From: Lama glama
Taxonomy: Eukaryota
NCBI GenBank assembly: GCA_028534125.1
Contig: CM052817.1
Location: 47,494,001 to 47,558,000, forward strand
Reading direction: 5' to 3'
Length of the DNA: 64,000 nucleotides
In this document: piece by piece, positions 47,741 to 60,769 of the stretch
Layout: each line of letters begins with the position of its first letter
How positions within the stretch are numbered: the first letter of the stretch is position 1
The notes under the pieces: model-generated
Told to the model about the DNA's origin: nothing
The model's database searches: none
The model's input: the letters and a program-made list of their open reading frames with translations, nothing else
Program-made: the position numbers and the translations under genes

Positions 47741-48967
47741 AAGGGCTTTTTATATGTTGGAGCAAGCTTTATATGTTAGAGCAAGAAAAAAGGATATTTC
47801 ATCGAAAGAAGTTGATCTGCTGTTTTAAATGCTCCACACGCAGATACATGCAACTGTTTGGTCTGGAAGGCATATGCTGTCCACTCCTAATTACCTGAGT
47901 GTTTAGACCTGAGAATTCGAAAGTGTTGGCACCATTTTTGTGGAAATGTACAATTTCTGCATTAGGTAATAGGAATTAGAACAAAAAACCCAGGTTCAAA
48001 ATGAGTACTAATTTTATTTAAAGAAAAAAAGCTATGACCATAAGGCTGTATGCAGATAATTAGTGGTGTAGACAGTGGATATTTGGGCTAACTGGTGTTT
48101 GATATCTGTATTTTAAAATCTATCTAAAGAATGATAAGATGTTTACCATTAGAAAGAGAGTAGGTGAGAAAAAAGTACACACATTTGGTTATGATAATGT
48201 AGCATTTTAGGAAAATAAAAAACATTCTTAAGAGTGAGAAAGCTAAGATTCTGGTCTGGCTCTGTAACTGCCTTACTTGTATCCATCACCATAGTCTTTC
48301 TTTGTAACCCATATTTCTCAGCCACGGATAGTTACAAGGATCAAATATATGGAAAGTACTTTATAAACCACATGAATGTATTGTGATGTTTTGTTAACAC
48401 CTGGAATACATCATCTCACGTAGAAAATTTGACAAATGTTTTTGGCTTTAAGTTGGGTCACTAGGATGGGCATTTTTATTATTTATATCTGACCAGATCA
48501 TACTCACAGGGATAAAGAGAAGCCATTTTGATAGCTTCAGAGCCACCAAACCATTATAATGTTTTCATATTTAATGTTCATAATAATTTCTCTTTTTAAA
48601 AATGTTTAATTTTAATATTTCTATGATTTTTAAATGTTTATTTTGTCTTAGTTGCCAACTTATAGAGAATTTGCATGCTAATTCTCTTTAAAATCCCAAT
48701 ACTGTTTCTTTGAAAACCGTAAGATAGAAATAGCATGCAGAATATTAAAAGTCATCTAGAGAATCATTGATGATCACTGTTATTTTAGAAAAGCAGAATA
48801 AAAGCACCCTACACTTGAATTCTGAGGTGGTGGTGGTTTTTGTTCTTTTCCTCCCCATGCCACAACCTTGACTGTTGACTTGGAATTAAACTATCCGAGA
48901 AACATGACTTGAGGAAACCGTAGAGCAGCTGTGGTTGGTACGAGTCATGCCATCTGTACGTCCCTGA

Positions 48968-49147
<180 letters not shown>

Positions 49148-49161
49148 TGATAATCATCTTT

Positions 49162-49297
49162 TTTTTAAACATTTTTTATTGATTTATAATCATTTTACAA
49201 TGTTGTGTCAAATTCCAGTGCAGAGCACAATTTTTCAGTTATACATGAACATATATATATTCATTGTCACATTTTTTTCTCTGTGAGCTACCATAAG
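49162..49297 (-). mobile_element. Young 136-bp L1 3' terminus
   Basis: Perfect 13-bp TSD gataatcatcttt (49149-49161, 49298-49310); TTTT/AAAG endonuclease site on the minus strand. Confidence 0.93.
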
Positions 49298-49389
49298 GAT
49301 AATCATCTTTAAAATGACATGCATGTACACTTTTTAAGAAAATCACAGTACCTCACGTTTCATCGTGGTACTGTGTTAACATCATGCAC

Positions 49390-49855
49390 TATGTCCCACG
49401 GCCGCTAGGACAAGTCACCATAGACTCAGTGGCGTAAAACTATGGGAAATTATCTCTCCATCCTGGGGGCTGGAAGAACAAAGTCAGTTTCACTGAGCTG
49501 AAATCAGTGTGCAGTCAGGATGATACTCCCTCCAGAGGGTCTAGTCGCAAATCTGTTCTTGGCTCTTCCAGCCTCTGTGTCTGCCTGAAGGCCGTGACAT
49601 GGGGCTGCACCACTCTGACCTCTGACTTTGGGGCCACACTGCTCTCTTCTCTTCTGCGTGCACATTTCCCTCTGCCCCTCTCTTATAAGCGTACATGTGA
49701 TGGCATTAAGGGTCCACCTGCATATCCAGGATAATCTCCCCATCAAAAAATCCCTATTTAATTACGTCTGCAAAAACTATTTTTCAAACAGGGTAACATT
49801 TACAGATTTCAGGGATGAGGACCTGACATCTTTGGGACCACCATTCAGCCCACGA
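49390..49855 (-). mobile_element. MaLR MLT1 (C/D-like) LTR
   Basis: cctctcttataagcgtacatgtgatggcattaagggtccacctgcatatccaggataatctcccc..ctttgggaccaccattcagccca. Confidence 0.85.
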
Positions 49856-50639
49856 ATGATAGGCTAAGCAGCAGCAGCTCAGCAGAATATCTGGGCCCCT
49901 GCTAATGGGATTTGATTTACTTGCTGGCACCCCACTCCTTGTGAAAGTTGTCCAGAAATCAAGTCATGTGAACGTATACAGGAGATTTGGCCTTGCTCCT
50001 CAGGGAAGGATGCCCAGAAGGTTTCAGTCTCAACTTGTGTAGTGAGGACTGAATGCTCAGAAACTGGCCAAGTGCCAAGCTATAGCACTCATGAGGGGAA
50101 AGATCACGAAACCCAAAACAAAGGCATGTTAAGAACTCAAGTTGAAGAGCCTTGACTAGTTTGGAAATAAGATATTGTAGATGGGACCAAAACCTGGCAA
50201 AGAAGATTTATATAGCTTTTAGTGCTTTTAAAGCCCTTTAAAGCTCTATTTTGAATGTGTATACACTGTACTCTCTATAAGAATTACAAGCGTCATCATC
50301 ATAATAAAACCCGCCATTATTCGTGTTTAAACTATGTTAGGCACTCTGCTAGACACATTACATGCGGCGTGTCGCATTCGGTATTACAGATCTGTGACCA
50401 AAGAAACAAAGGCAGCTATGAGTTGATTCGTTTTTGCTTTATGAAAAAGATATCCCGTGAGCCAACTCTGCACATCTAACTTCCCTACATATATTTGTGT
50501 TCTGTTTAAATTTACCGAAATTGAGTTTGAAGAAACACTTTCACTGTGTGTAGGATGCAAAAAACAAGTCCAGATGTCGGGAAGGAGAAGAACCGGCAGC
50601 TTCTGAGCATCTGCTGTATGCTGGGCCCAGTCAGCTCTC

Positions 50640-50830
50640 AGCCTCTGCAGTGTCTGGGTTTTAGTATTCCCCACTTGGACTTCTGGTCAGGGGGTCCTTA
50701 CGCTACTCATGAGCCTTTCCAGTTCCCAGTTTTCCTCATCTGAAAGGGAAAGATAATCTGTCTGCCCTATCTATTGCTCAGAATCATTGTGAAGGGAGAT
50801 TTCAAAAACTACATACAAGTGTTTTGCAGC
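50640..50830 (+). mobile_element. MIR SINE fragment
   Basis: cagttttcctcatctgaaagggaaagataat..cagaatcattgtgaagg. Confidence 0.6.
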
Positions 50831-51287
50831 ATGTTATGATGATAATTTTCTAAGTTAAAGCACATAGTTTCCTGTCATTATTTGAAAGGGGAGCATATCA
50901 TCCTTATAAAATAAAACTCCAATACTATAAATTGGAGGGATGAAGGATAGACTAGCACCTGCTGGCAGGTCAGGTGCTCGGAGCATCCTTACTTAACCAG
51001 TAAGATGATGATGTTTGATACTCACTGGTCTATGGGTCATTTAAAAACTTGTCTGAGTGAATGTTATTTTCTCATTTTACTTATAGACTTACATATGCAA
51101 GTCTAAATTACCCTGTGTATAGGGCACCTTGTTGTTGTAAGTGCTTTGGGATCATTTAAAATGCATTTTCACTTGAAAAAGAAAAAAAAAAAAGACAAGA
51201 AGTGAAGTTCTCCACCTGGGGTCCTTGTGTAACAACTTCGGCTCTAGCACATGCGTGATCCCTAATTGCTTCATGTCCTTTCCTCAG

Positions 51288-51433
51288 TGGTGCTATAAGG
51301 GTCACTGCATGTGGAAGAATGCCAACCAACAAAAACAAGATGGCAACTGGGGATCATGGACCAAATTTGGCTCCTGTTCCCGGACGTGTGGAACTGGTGT
51401 TCGCTTCAGAACACGCCAGTGCAATAATCCAAT
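51288..51433 (+). CDS. ADAMTS3: ADAMTS3 coding exon (~exon 12), start of thrombospondin type 1 repeat
   Basis: tcctcag|TGG to CCAAT|gtgagt, 146 nt. [48 protein letters not shown](M), with WxxW and CxxTCG motifs. Confidence 0.97.
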
Positions 51434-52330
51434 GTGAGTATAACTCCTGTCGTTCGGGTTATTTGGGGCGAGACCAGAAAATGCTTCAATGTTATGTTAT
51501 TAATATTCTGTTTCGTGAAGTACCTGTAAAATACAGACCATAAAAACTAAGGGTTTAAGTGTCTATTTGGGGTAGATCCCTATTTATCAGTCTAATGAAG
51601 AGTAGTCCATAGTTAAGATTAGAGATTTTTGAAGAAATTGTTGTTTGGGAGAATTCCGGAGCTAGCCGGGAAAGGGGATCACTGCGCCCTTAGGCCCTGG
51701 GCTCTGAGGCTGTGAGTCCCGCTGTAGGAAGCACAGGCTGTTGGCAGGAGCAGCCCGGCCACAGTGGCTCCCTCACTTCAGAGCTCGGAGTAGAACTTCA
51801 GAGGTGGGCGGCAGGAAGATGGGGAAAGAAGGCCAGGGAACTGTTGGGGGCAAAGTTATCCATTAGTTCACTTGAATAACTTTTTTGAATCCCTGTTGTG
51901 CACTCAGCAACCCTTATTTAACTGAAACATCAGACTTAGGACATTCTTCCTTGTCTAGGGTTAACATGTGAGTACCCATTTTCTTTGGCCACAGGATGGC
52001 TCTGAGCCTGTCTTTTATAAAGACTGAGTGTTACATTCAAGTCTTCGTAGGGAGGGATGGTAGTAGCATTTGTAGAAGCAACAAAAACAAAAATCATGGA
52101 AGTAAGAGCAGCTAAGTTTCACTATGAGCCACACTCTGTTCTAAGTGTTTTAAACATGCTAACCCATTTAAGACTCCCAGTTTTTCTCTAAGGAAGATAG
52201 GATTATTGTTTGCATGGTACGTGTTAGGAAAGGGAGGCATGGAGCTGTGATCAGTGTTTTTTTGTGTTGTATCTGCATGTTTTATATGTGATAGAAAATA
52301 TAATTTTTCTGAGACCATATGCCTCTTCTT

Positions 52331-52485
52331 GTTTCTTTTTTGTTTTAGATTTGTTTTTTGTTTTGTTTTGCTTTTTGGTTTTGGGGTTTTTGTTGTTGTT
52401 GTTATTAGTGGGAGTACCGGGGGTTGAACCCAGGACCTCATGCATGCTAAGCACGTGTTCTACCACTGAGCGATATCCTCCCCCC
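52331..52485 (-). mobile_element. tRNA-derived SINE (camelid Vic-1-like) with long A-rich tail
   Basis: Minus strand reads ggggaggatatcgctcagtggtagaacacgtgcttagcatgcatgaggtcctgggttcaacccccggtac, followed by (AAC)/(AAAAC) tail. Confidence 0.85.
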
Positions 52486-52776
52486 TGTTTTTTGTTGCAT
52501 TATATACTTTCGCCACGCAGTTAAAATATATTGTTTGAAAATAATACTGTTTTAAAATATACTGATTCAAGTTGAGTTTGGGGATTCCTTCTGTCACCAG
52601 CCCGGCAGGGAGAGGATAGTGCTTTTGGAAAGGGATTGAACTTAGGAAGTATGAGTTCATTCACTCTGTGCTGGCAGCTCAGAAGCTCTGGCTTTGTGCC
52701 CTCCAGCCCTGTGTCTGCAAGCTTCAACTTCTGGACCAGAGCCAAAAGGCCTCTTTCAATATTGTCTTTTCTTTAG

Positions 52777-52952
52777 GCCCATCAATGGTGGTCAGGACTG
52801 TCCTGGTGTTAATTTTGAGTACCAGCTTTGTAATACAGAAGAATGCCAAAAGCACTTTGAGGACTTCAGAGCCCAGCAGTGCCAGCAGCGTAACTCCCAC
52901 TTCGAATACCAGAATACCAAACACCACTGGTTGCCGTATGAACACCCCGACT
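52777..52952 (+). CDS. ADAMTS3: ADAMTS3 coding exon (~exon 13), end of TSR1 and start of Cys-rich domain
   Basis: ctttag|G to GACT|gtgagt, 176 nt. PINGGQDCPGVNFEYQLCNTEECQKHFEDFRAQQCQQRNSHFEYQNTKHHWLPYEHPD. Confidence 0.97.
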
Positions 52953-53817
52953 GTGAGTAGTAGATGCTCGCGCTTTTCCTGCTGTGTGGATGGTGACTTA
53001 GAGCTTAAGCTTTGTCAACACCGATCCCTCGGACTCTTGATCCCTACTTGGTAACTTAGAAAACTTGGTGCTTATGGGGGTAAGTCCTCCTGGGTTTCCA
53101 AGAATCGGGCTAACACACACCTTTCTCTGGTGAGGTGAGAATTATGGAATAGTTCCTGGCAAGCAGCACCACCACCGTCACTCCTGAAAAGACGAGTGGA
53201 AAGCAACGCCTGCGAGAGATGTTGAGTTTTCCGGTGCAGCTGGAATCCCTCCTCTAGGAGACGCTTCTGGAATATTGTGGTCTTTCCTTTCTGAATAACT
53301 AGAGGAGGATACAGTTATTTTACAGCTGAGTCAGGAACAAGAAAAAGACCATTATTGAATAACAACAGGCACTTCATGACCTTTTACTTTTGTACTGTAC
53401 GCTAGTTATTAAGAAATGCACTTGGAAATCCCCTTGTCATGTTTCACTTCTTTCCCCTGAATTTTCGGTGAAATCTGTTCAGATGGGACCTTCTTGACAC
53501 ATTTCTTAGTTAAGTGAATAAAAATGAGTATTCATGGCATTATTGTGTGATGTAAGACACTGCAGAGTTCAGTTGAAAAACTTTTAAAGGAGAGATGCGT
53601 ATGTGTAGGAATTCGAAGTTGCAGTGCATTACTCTGACTTAATTTGGTGAAGTGAGTCACATAAATTACATTAGATTTAATTAATGAGATCCTACAAGAG
53701 GCAAAAAGTATACTAGGCCATTGGGTCAAGCTAAAGAGAAACCCTTTTCAGTGCTTTAAGTGTTACTAAAATGAAATTATTCTGAATGGACGTTCATTGA
53801 ACAGCTGTGGTTCAATC

Positions 53818-53950
53818 TAGGGTAGCCGTACACCCTGGTTGCTTGGGACAGTCTCAGTTTATACCTGTTATCCCTGTGTAGTTATTAATAGAGCCCCTTT
53901 TCACTAGCAAAATCACCCTAGGTTAGATGTCAAATTGTAGGGTCACCCTG
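53818..53950. mobile_element. MER94-like hAT-Blackjack MITE
   Basis: TIRs tagggtagcc / ggtcaccctg; degenerate 8-bp TSD gttcaatc / gttaaaac. Confidence 0.75.
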
Positions 53951-54129
53951 GTTAAAACAAATACGCCAAAGATGCATACTTTCCCCCTACTGCTTATTTT
54001 ATCTACTGACACAGTGTTTTGTTTTCAGGAAACCACATTGAAAGTGTATATTTTAAAAGTAATGTAAACTGTACTGTTCAACTGTACCATTTTATATAAG
54101 TAGTTGACTTCACCGTCCATCTTATGCAG

Positions 54130-54263
54130 CCAAGAAAAGATGCCACCTTTACTGTCAATCCAAGGAGACTGGAGATGTTGCTTATATGAAGCAGCTGGTG
54201 CACGATGGAACGCGCTGTTCCTACAAAGACCCGTACAGCATATGTGTGCGAGGAGAGTGCGTG
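54130..54263 (+). CDS. ADAMTS3: ADAMTS3 coding exon (~exon 14), Cys-rich domain
   Basis: atgcag|CC to TGCGTG|gtgagt, 134 nt. (S)[44 protein letters not shown]. Confidence 0.97.
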
Positions 54264-55044
54264 GTGAGTTCAAATCGCTCCCCCAAAGCTTCACACGGTG
54301 TCATACATTCTACCTTTCCTCTCATTCATCTGTGTATTTTCAAAAAAATGTTAACGCTTTCTTACTAAGATCACAATACAGTGAGAATCTATAGATAATT
54401 CAGTAGCTAAATTCGGAAGAAATTGCACTTAATAAAATCAAACTTTAGTCACTGGCAAAATCAAGATGTAAATAGTTTTCCTAATTTCCAGCCAGATGCT
54501 TGTAGGGGTGGGGGAGGGTAGTTACTCGGATACCTCGCGGCCGGGAGTACGGCGTGGGAACTGTGCCTTTGCTCTGACTACTTTATAGTAGCCATCCGCC
54601 AGTATAGTCCTAAGTCCTTTTTTTAAAAAAATTCAATGCCATATGTGTTTTATCTTTTGTTTAAAAAGCAATGAAATCTTCTCTTTCTCCCTCTCTCGCT
54701 TCCAGTTAATTCTAAGTTTAAACACTGAAATCCACATCACAACAAAAGTACAAGTACTTGAACTAAAATTTCCCTGAAAGTAGGGATGATTGACTGTGGA
54801 TGCTGGGGGAAATATTTCATTAGCCTGTGGGAAATTTGTCCTTTGATACCCAGAGTACCAATCGCTTGGGTTTATAGTGGCTCTTTAAGAGACTGAGTTA
54901 TTAAAACCCAGAGTTAGAGTGGAAGTTTGGTGCAGGCTGCCTGACTGTGGGCTCGTGATAAAACAGATGGTGTATCATTCTCCCGTGTGCTGACCTTTAC
55001 TTGGCATATTAAAGTTAGCTGCATTTAAAATGTTCCCTCCACAG

Positions 55045-55168
55045 AAAGTGGGCTGTGATAAAGAAATCGGTTCTAACAAGGTTGAAGATAAGTGTGGTGT
55101 CTGCGGAGGAGATAATTCCCACTGTCGAACCGTAAAGGGGACGTTTACCAGAACACCCAGGAAGCTTG
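55045..55168 (+). CDS. ADAMTS3: ADAMTS3 coding exon (~exon 15), end of Cys-rich domain and start of spacer
   Basis: ccacag|AAA to CTTG|gtaaga, 124 nt. [41 protein letters not shown](G). Confidence 0.97.
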
Positions 55169-58100
55169 GTAAGATGAGGTCTCTCATGAACTTAATATCC
55201 TTCTGTATGATTTGCATTTTTGAGACTTCTCTTAGGAATGCATTTTCTCTCTCTCTCTCTATAAAAAATTAGCTGCTGATTTACTTTCATTCAGATTACC
55301 TTTTTCGGCCTTACCTAAGCAACTTTGACAGTTCCTACTCCATAGCATCTATGATGAAAAATTACCTACTAAATTTAAATAATGAACAAATAAAACCAAT
55401 ATCAATTATAGTAGTTACCTAAAATCCATGTTTTGTTTAATTTTGTATTTTTAATAAAATGCATTATGCCTAATTATTAGAATTGTTTATTCTGACTTTT
55501 CTGTTGCACATAAATTACTCATCAGAAGTTAAAAAAAATCATGAAACTTTAAATACAACTTTTAAAATATTACATTTATTTTGCTTCTTTTCTTCTTTTA
55601 TTTTAAAAGTGAACAAGTTTATCCTGTTCATAAGTCTATTAATATAAGGTCCATATTTCACATAATATTTAAAATTTTATATTAAACAAGTTTGAGGCAT
55701 ACACGACCAAAAAATAACCTGTTATACAACTGCTTGTGTGTGTGAATTTCTGTGCTTGTTATACAGTCAGTGGCCTGGACTTAGGCATATGGTGAAGTTT
55801 CAACAGATGGAACCAAAGCAACAAATAGCATGCAAAATTATTAGTATTTTCATAATATTCAGCAGAATTTTCATAAAAGATTTAGATACAAACATATATG
55901 AATGAATAACTTCTTAAGTTTGTAACAAACATCATTCAGTTATTCATTAAGCATTTATTGGGCAAATGTTTCTGGGAATTCAACATTTAAAGATAAATTT
56001 AATGTGATGCTTCCCTTGAGAAGCCTCTTACATCATCCAAGATATAGTCTCTTAAGGAACGATAGAAAAAGATAAAACAAAACAAAAACAACGAAAGATT
56101 TAGTTTACTCAGAGCACACTGTCATGGTGGTAATTTTTCCTTGTAGAAAAAAAAAAGAAAGTATAAAAAAACTAGTCTTTATTCAAACAGAATAACTGTA
56201 TTAGTTCTTTTTACTCCCATTATACCCCAGCTACCCAACTGAAGCCATTTCCACACATACCAGCTTTGTTCCTTGATGTGTTGAGGAGGGCAGAGCTAGG
56301 TGACTGTTCTAATCTGTTTTCCTTAGGCATTCCCTACTCCCGTTACTAATGTCTTGGCTATTCCTGTGTGATAATTTACTATGCTTTCCATTTTGAAAAC
56401 TGTTAAAAAGCAAATATTGCCATTTCTGGCTGATTATCTTATTTTAATAAAGCAAACAGAATTAGAATTATACACATATGGTTTTGGTGGAATAATGTGA
56501 TTTTTCTTCATCTTAATGTGAAATAATTTACCATGCTCTTTATTGCAGTTATGTATTATTCTTTTAGGTGTAAAATAATTTGTTTTGTTTTATTTCCAGA
56601 GTAAACTCATATGAAGAAAATGGGTTTTGCCATAATTATCCATTCTATATTATGTGTAACATAAGGTAGTGATTTTTTTTCAGATACCTCAAAAATTATG
56701 CTAAACCTGTGAATCAAGGTCAGAAGAAGAGAAGAAAGCTTTAACCAGCCATATGGATTCAAACTGTTCAGAGATAATCTAGCATCCATTTCTTTGCACT
56801 AATGTTGTCATCACAGTTATTCAATAGACTAATTAACCTTTTCCAACAGGGAAAAATTTAAGCAAGAGGTGCCATAAAGAATTCAAGTTGCTGGAAAATG
56901 AAATCTGCAAGTATTCAACTTCAAATCCCCTATACCATTTCTCGTTCACGCTTGGTCTTACTTTCATTGACTATTAACAGTTTATTGGCATTAGCTAACT
57001 ATTATAAATGCATTTTGACTTCAACATACAAAATTATGGAACGTATTTTCTATATTACCTGATAAAATCTACATAGCTTATAGTATAGTCAATGAAACAG
57101 CAAGACTTTGATAAACACGAACCCTTCACTAATTAAAGACATTCTGTTTAAGGGAAGACAAGAGGCGCCTTCACTTTACCCAAAGGAGCTCGTAATATTT
57201 CTCTTGCTGAAACAAGGGAAGCTAAAAATGTACTGGGTAAGTTGTAGCAAACTGCGGAAAGATGGGCATCCATGAATGGCACCAAGCTGTTTCCTGCACC
57301 TGGCATCTCAAGCATATTACTTCTAGCTATTGGTACCCAGCAAACGTGGTACATTTCATAGACTGAATGTGACCCAGGCTCAGGTGCTGAAAACCCTGGC
57401 CCCAAAATGACCCCATCATTTAGGATAAATATTTAGAAAAGTTAGATAAATCTATCCATAGGTAAAAATTGTCCATATAGAAAAGACAGAAAACCCAGAT
57501 GTCTTTCTGATTCCATCAGCAATTTTGTATTTATGACTCAATTTTGTCATTACTCATCTATAATAGATGAATTATATGTTTCATAATGTAATAAAGGTGT
57601 GAGTTGCATAATCTTCCTATATTCATGTATTTTTGATGGAAATGAGGGAAAACATCTTGTTTTCTCTATTTGCCCTGACTATTGTTGCTTTATCGTTATG
57701 ATCTTAAATCTAAATGATCTTAAGGTAATTTTTAGGATACGTGATAATACTAAGAAGGTTTGGCATTATAGGACAATGACTGTAATATCACGGATAACTG
57801 ACTTTAAAACACAAGACAACTTATTAGGCAAGTTGGTTTTGTGATTTCTCAATTAGAAGGTTGAGCCTAGGGTGTATGTACCACATAACTTGCAGACATT
57901 TTTCCAACCAAATATACACCAGATATTTTAAAACATTCCCAATTAAAACTTGTTTAAAGCCTTAAAATTAATTGCTGATCACATGATAAGTGAAAGCAAC
58001 TCACTGATTTTTCTTTTGTAATTTCTTTAAAATAAGGCAGGCTTTGAAATATGAAGAGATTTCATTAATTAGAATTTTAGCTATCTCTGCTTACCACTTA

Positions 58101-58523
58101 GGCTTTTAAAATAATATATAAGCAGACAAAATATCTCAAGATATTCACCAACTAAGTGCACCAGAAATTGTACCCATTTGAAAGGATGGTTTAGAAAATT
58201 AAAATCACGTAGAAAGACACAGAAAAGTATAGAACTGTTGTTTACATAATTTGTAGGGTCAACACAAAATAAGTAACGGATGGGTTAGAAACAAGATTAA
58301 CTTCTTTCCCTGTATTTAAGAATAAAAATTTTCCTCTGATCTCATGCCAGATGTCACCAAAGCCACCAAAGCTTTGAGATTAATTTCTGAAACTGCTTCT
58401 TCCAGTTTATGGATGCCCTCTTCTGCACGCAGGAGCAGTAAGAATGAAACAGTGCTCAACTAACCACGGTTGTTGCTTTTGTTCTCTCCTTTGCTTCCTC
58501 CAATATTTACTACACATGCAAAG

Positions 58524-58604
58524 GGTACCTTAAGATGTTTGATATACCCCCTGGTGCTAGACATGTGTTAATCCAAGAAGACGAGGCTACCCCTCATATT
58601 CTTG
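58524..58604 (+). CDS. ADAMTS3: ADAMTS3 coding exon (~exon 16), spacer domain
   Basis: gcaaag|GG to CTTG|gtaagt, 81 nt, phase 1 to 1. (G)YLKMFDIPPGARHVLIQEDEATPHIL(A). Confidence 0.94.
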
Positions 58605-58671
58605 GTAAGTGATTCTGCCCACTGGCTCTGCTTAAGTAACATGCACTTAAAATGAGAAATGTCAAAGAAAT

Positions 58672-58790
58672 AATATAGAGAGATAGATACCAAGATATAT
58701 ACATATATATATCTATATATATGTATATATACATACATACATATATAGATATAGATACATATGTATATATCTTGGTATCTATTTATACAT
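58672..58790. repeat. Compound (TA)n/(TACA)n/(TAGA)n microsatellite
   Basis: Read directly, about 70 nt downstream of the ~exon 16 donor. Confidence 0.9.
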
Positions 58791-60467
58791 AGGTGTGCAG
58801 GATTCAAAATTATGTATAAATGCATTATTCTGTAGTTTTTGTTGGTCGTTTCTCCCAACTGTTCCTTCTTTAAAACAAGAAATATTCAAAACTGGCATTT
58901 TAATTTTTGGTGAAACCTGAGTTGGTTCATTATTGCATGAGGGAAAATATCATTTGGCAAGTTTGAATTTGCTCTGTATTAGGGGATGAGAAAAATAAAG
59001 ATTTTAATAAAATGCACTAAATTAAGGAATAATATCAGAATCATTTGCCATATTTATGTTGGTAAATTCGTTCTGATATTTTGGTTGCTGTCATGCTGTG
59101 TGCCCCTTCCTACCTTTTTTAGTGCATTTTAAGTTCTTTGACTGAGCAGCAAGCACATCTGGATTTGACTAGTCTCATGAAATTTTTCCTGATATCTGTA
59201 TGTGTCCAGTTTCTGACTGGCACATGCAGATCCATTTTCTGCATGTTTTCTGTTTATTATCTGCAAATTGTTCCTGTTTATAATTTCCAAAAAAAGATTC
59301 TTTTCCTCTTTTATAAGAGGATCATGTAGAAATGTCACTGTAAAGAGGTTTATATTCAAAGTGAATGTACAAATGTAAATGCAGCTTTCACATATTTCTT
59401 GAGCTATTAAAGCACTAAGAAGATTTCTGAAACTAACTCATCTGTCAAACCTATGCAAATTTATAGTAAATTATCTTTTTTAACATATGTAACTTTAAAA
59501 AATTGATTGTTTCATGGTGTTTCATAGACTTTTTCTTTTTAGAATTTAAAGTATATTCACTACCAGATTCCATAATAGCCTCGCTGTCTATCTGTAGTTC
59601 TTTATCCAGTAATTGAAATGCCCTATTTTTCATTCTAGAATTCAGATTATTATCTTTGGAAAAATTAGACTAGTTTAAAAGCTCAAGAGAAACAAATGCA
59701 TTTACCTAAAATTACTTATATTTTCTTCACGTTTTCAGTAATGGTAATAACTTTTAAAATTTTATTTTCTAATTTATCAGTAAATGCTGATACACCTCCA
59801 AAATTTAAATGCCTGTTGGTTATTTTTTTATCCATTAGAGAAAACATTTTATTTTATAATACATAGTACATATATAATATATTGCAAGTTCTATCACCAG
59901 TAGAGAGCATTTCCTAGTTATATAAGTAGGAATTCTACTGTGGCCTTAGAATTTCACAATCATAAGGAATAATGTTTGTTGGCCTAAACAGTCGTTCAAC
60001 TATTTTGAGTACCTATAATACTTTGACTTAACTTGAAAGAGATACACAGTAAAAAAAAAAAAAAGACATTATGGTATACACTGTCCTAGTGTAAATCATG
60101 TGTATTAATAGTTGTTGAAGTAACCATTATTTTAAAAATACTTCCAGCTTTCTGAGGCAATAGGATGAATAAATTAGAAACTGTTAACCCCTTTGGCAGT
60201 GTTTTCAAATGGGAATATTTGTTAATTTTTATCTCCTCTTCAACCATCTTGCCACTGTTTTTAACTAGTTAGCAATACTTCCTGAGAATTTTGAATGCCT
60301 AATGAAGGGAACAGGAAGGACATGGGAAAATGACTCTCATTTGGTTTGCTTTGATGCTAATAAATACGGTCTTTCATTTATAGAAGGGTTTAGACTTACT
60401 ATGGATCTTCAAAGCTGTAATATAAGAAAATAAAATGGATGCCGGTTACTCATTTTTCTTCCTTTAG

Positions 60468-60631
60468 CAATTAAGAATCAGGCCACAGGCCACTATATTT
60501 TAAATGGCAAAGGGGAGGAAGCCAGGTCGAAGACTTTCATAGATCTTGGCGTGGAATGGGATTATAACATTGAAGATGACATTGAAACCCTTCACACCGA
60601 TGGACCCTTACATGACCCGGTTATTGTTTTG
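60468..60631 (+). CDS. ADAMTS3: ADAMTS3 coding exon (~exon 17), spacer domain
   Basis: cctttag|CA to GTTTTG|gtatgt, 164 nt. (A)IKNQATGHYILNGKGEEARSKTFIDLGVEWDYNIEDDIETLHTDGPLHDPVIVL. Confidence 0.96.
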
Positions 60632-60769
60632 GTATGTGGCATTACAGGCTCGCTGTGTAGTTGGTTTAGCTCATATTTTTCATAATTAATTTCTCTCAAA
60701 ACATTTTTACCTTGAACACTGAATATTTAGATGCTTGTTTTTTATAATTCCATTCATCCTTTCCTTTTC

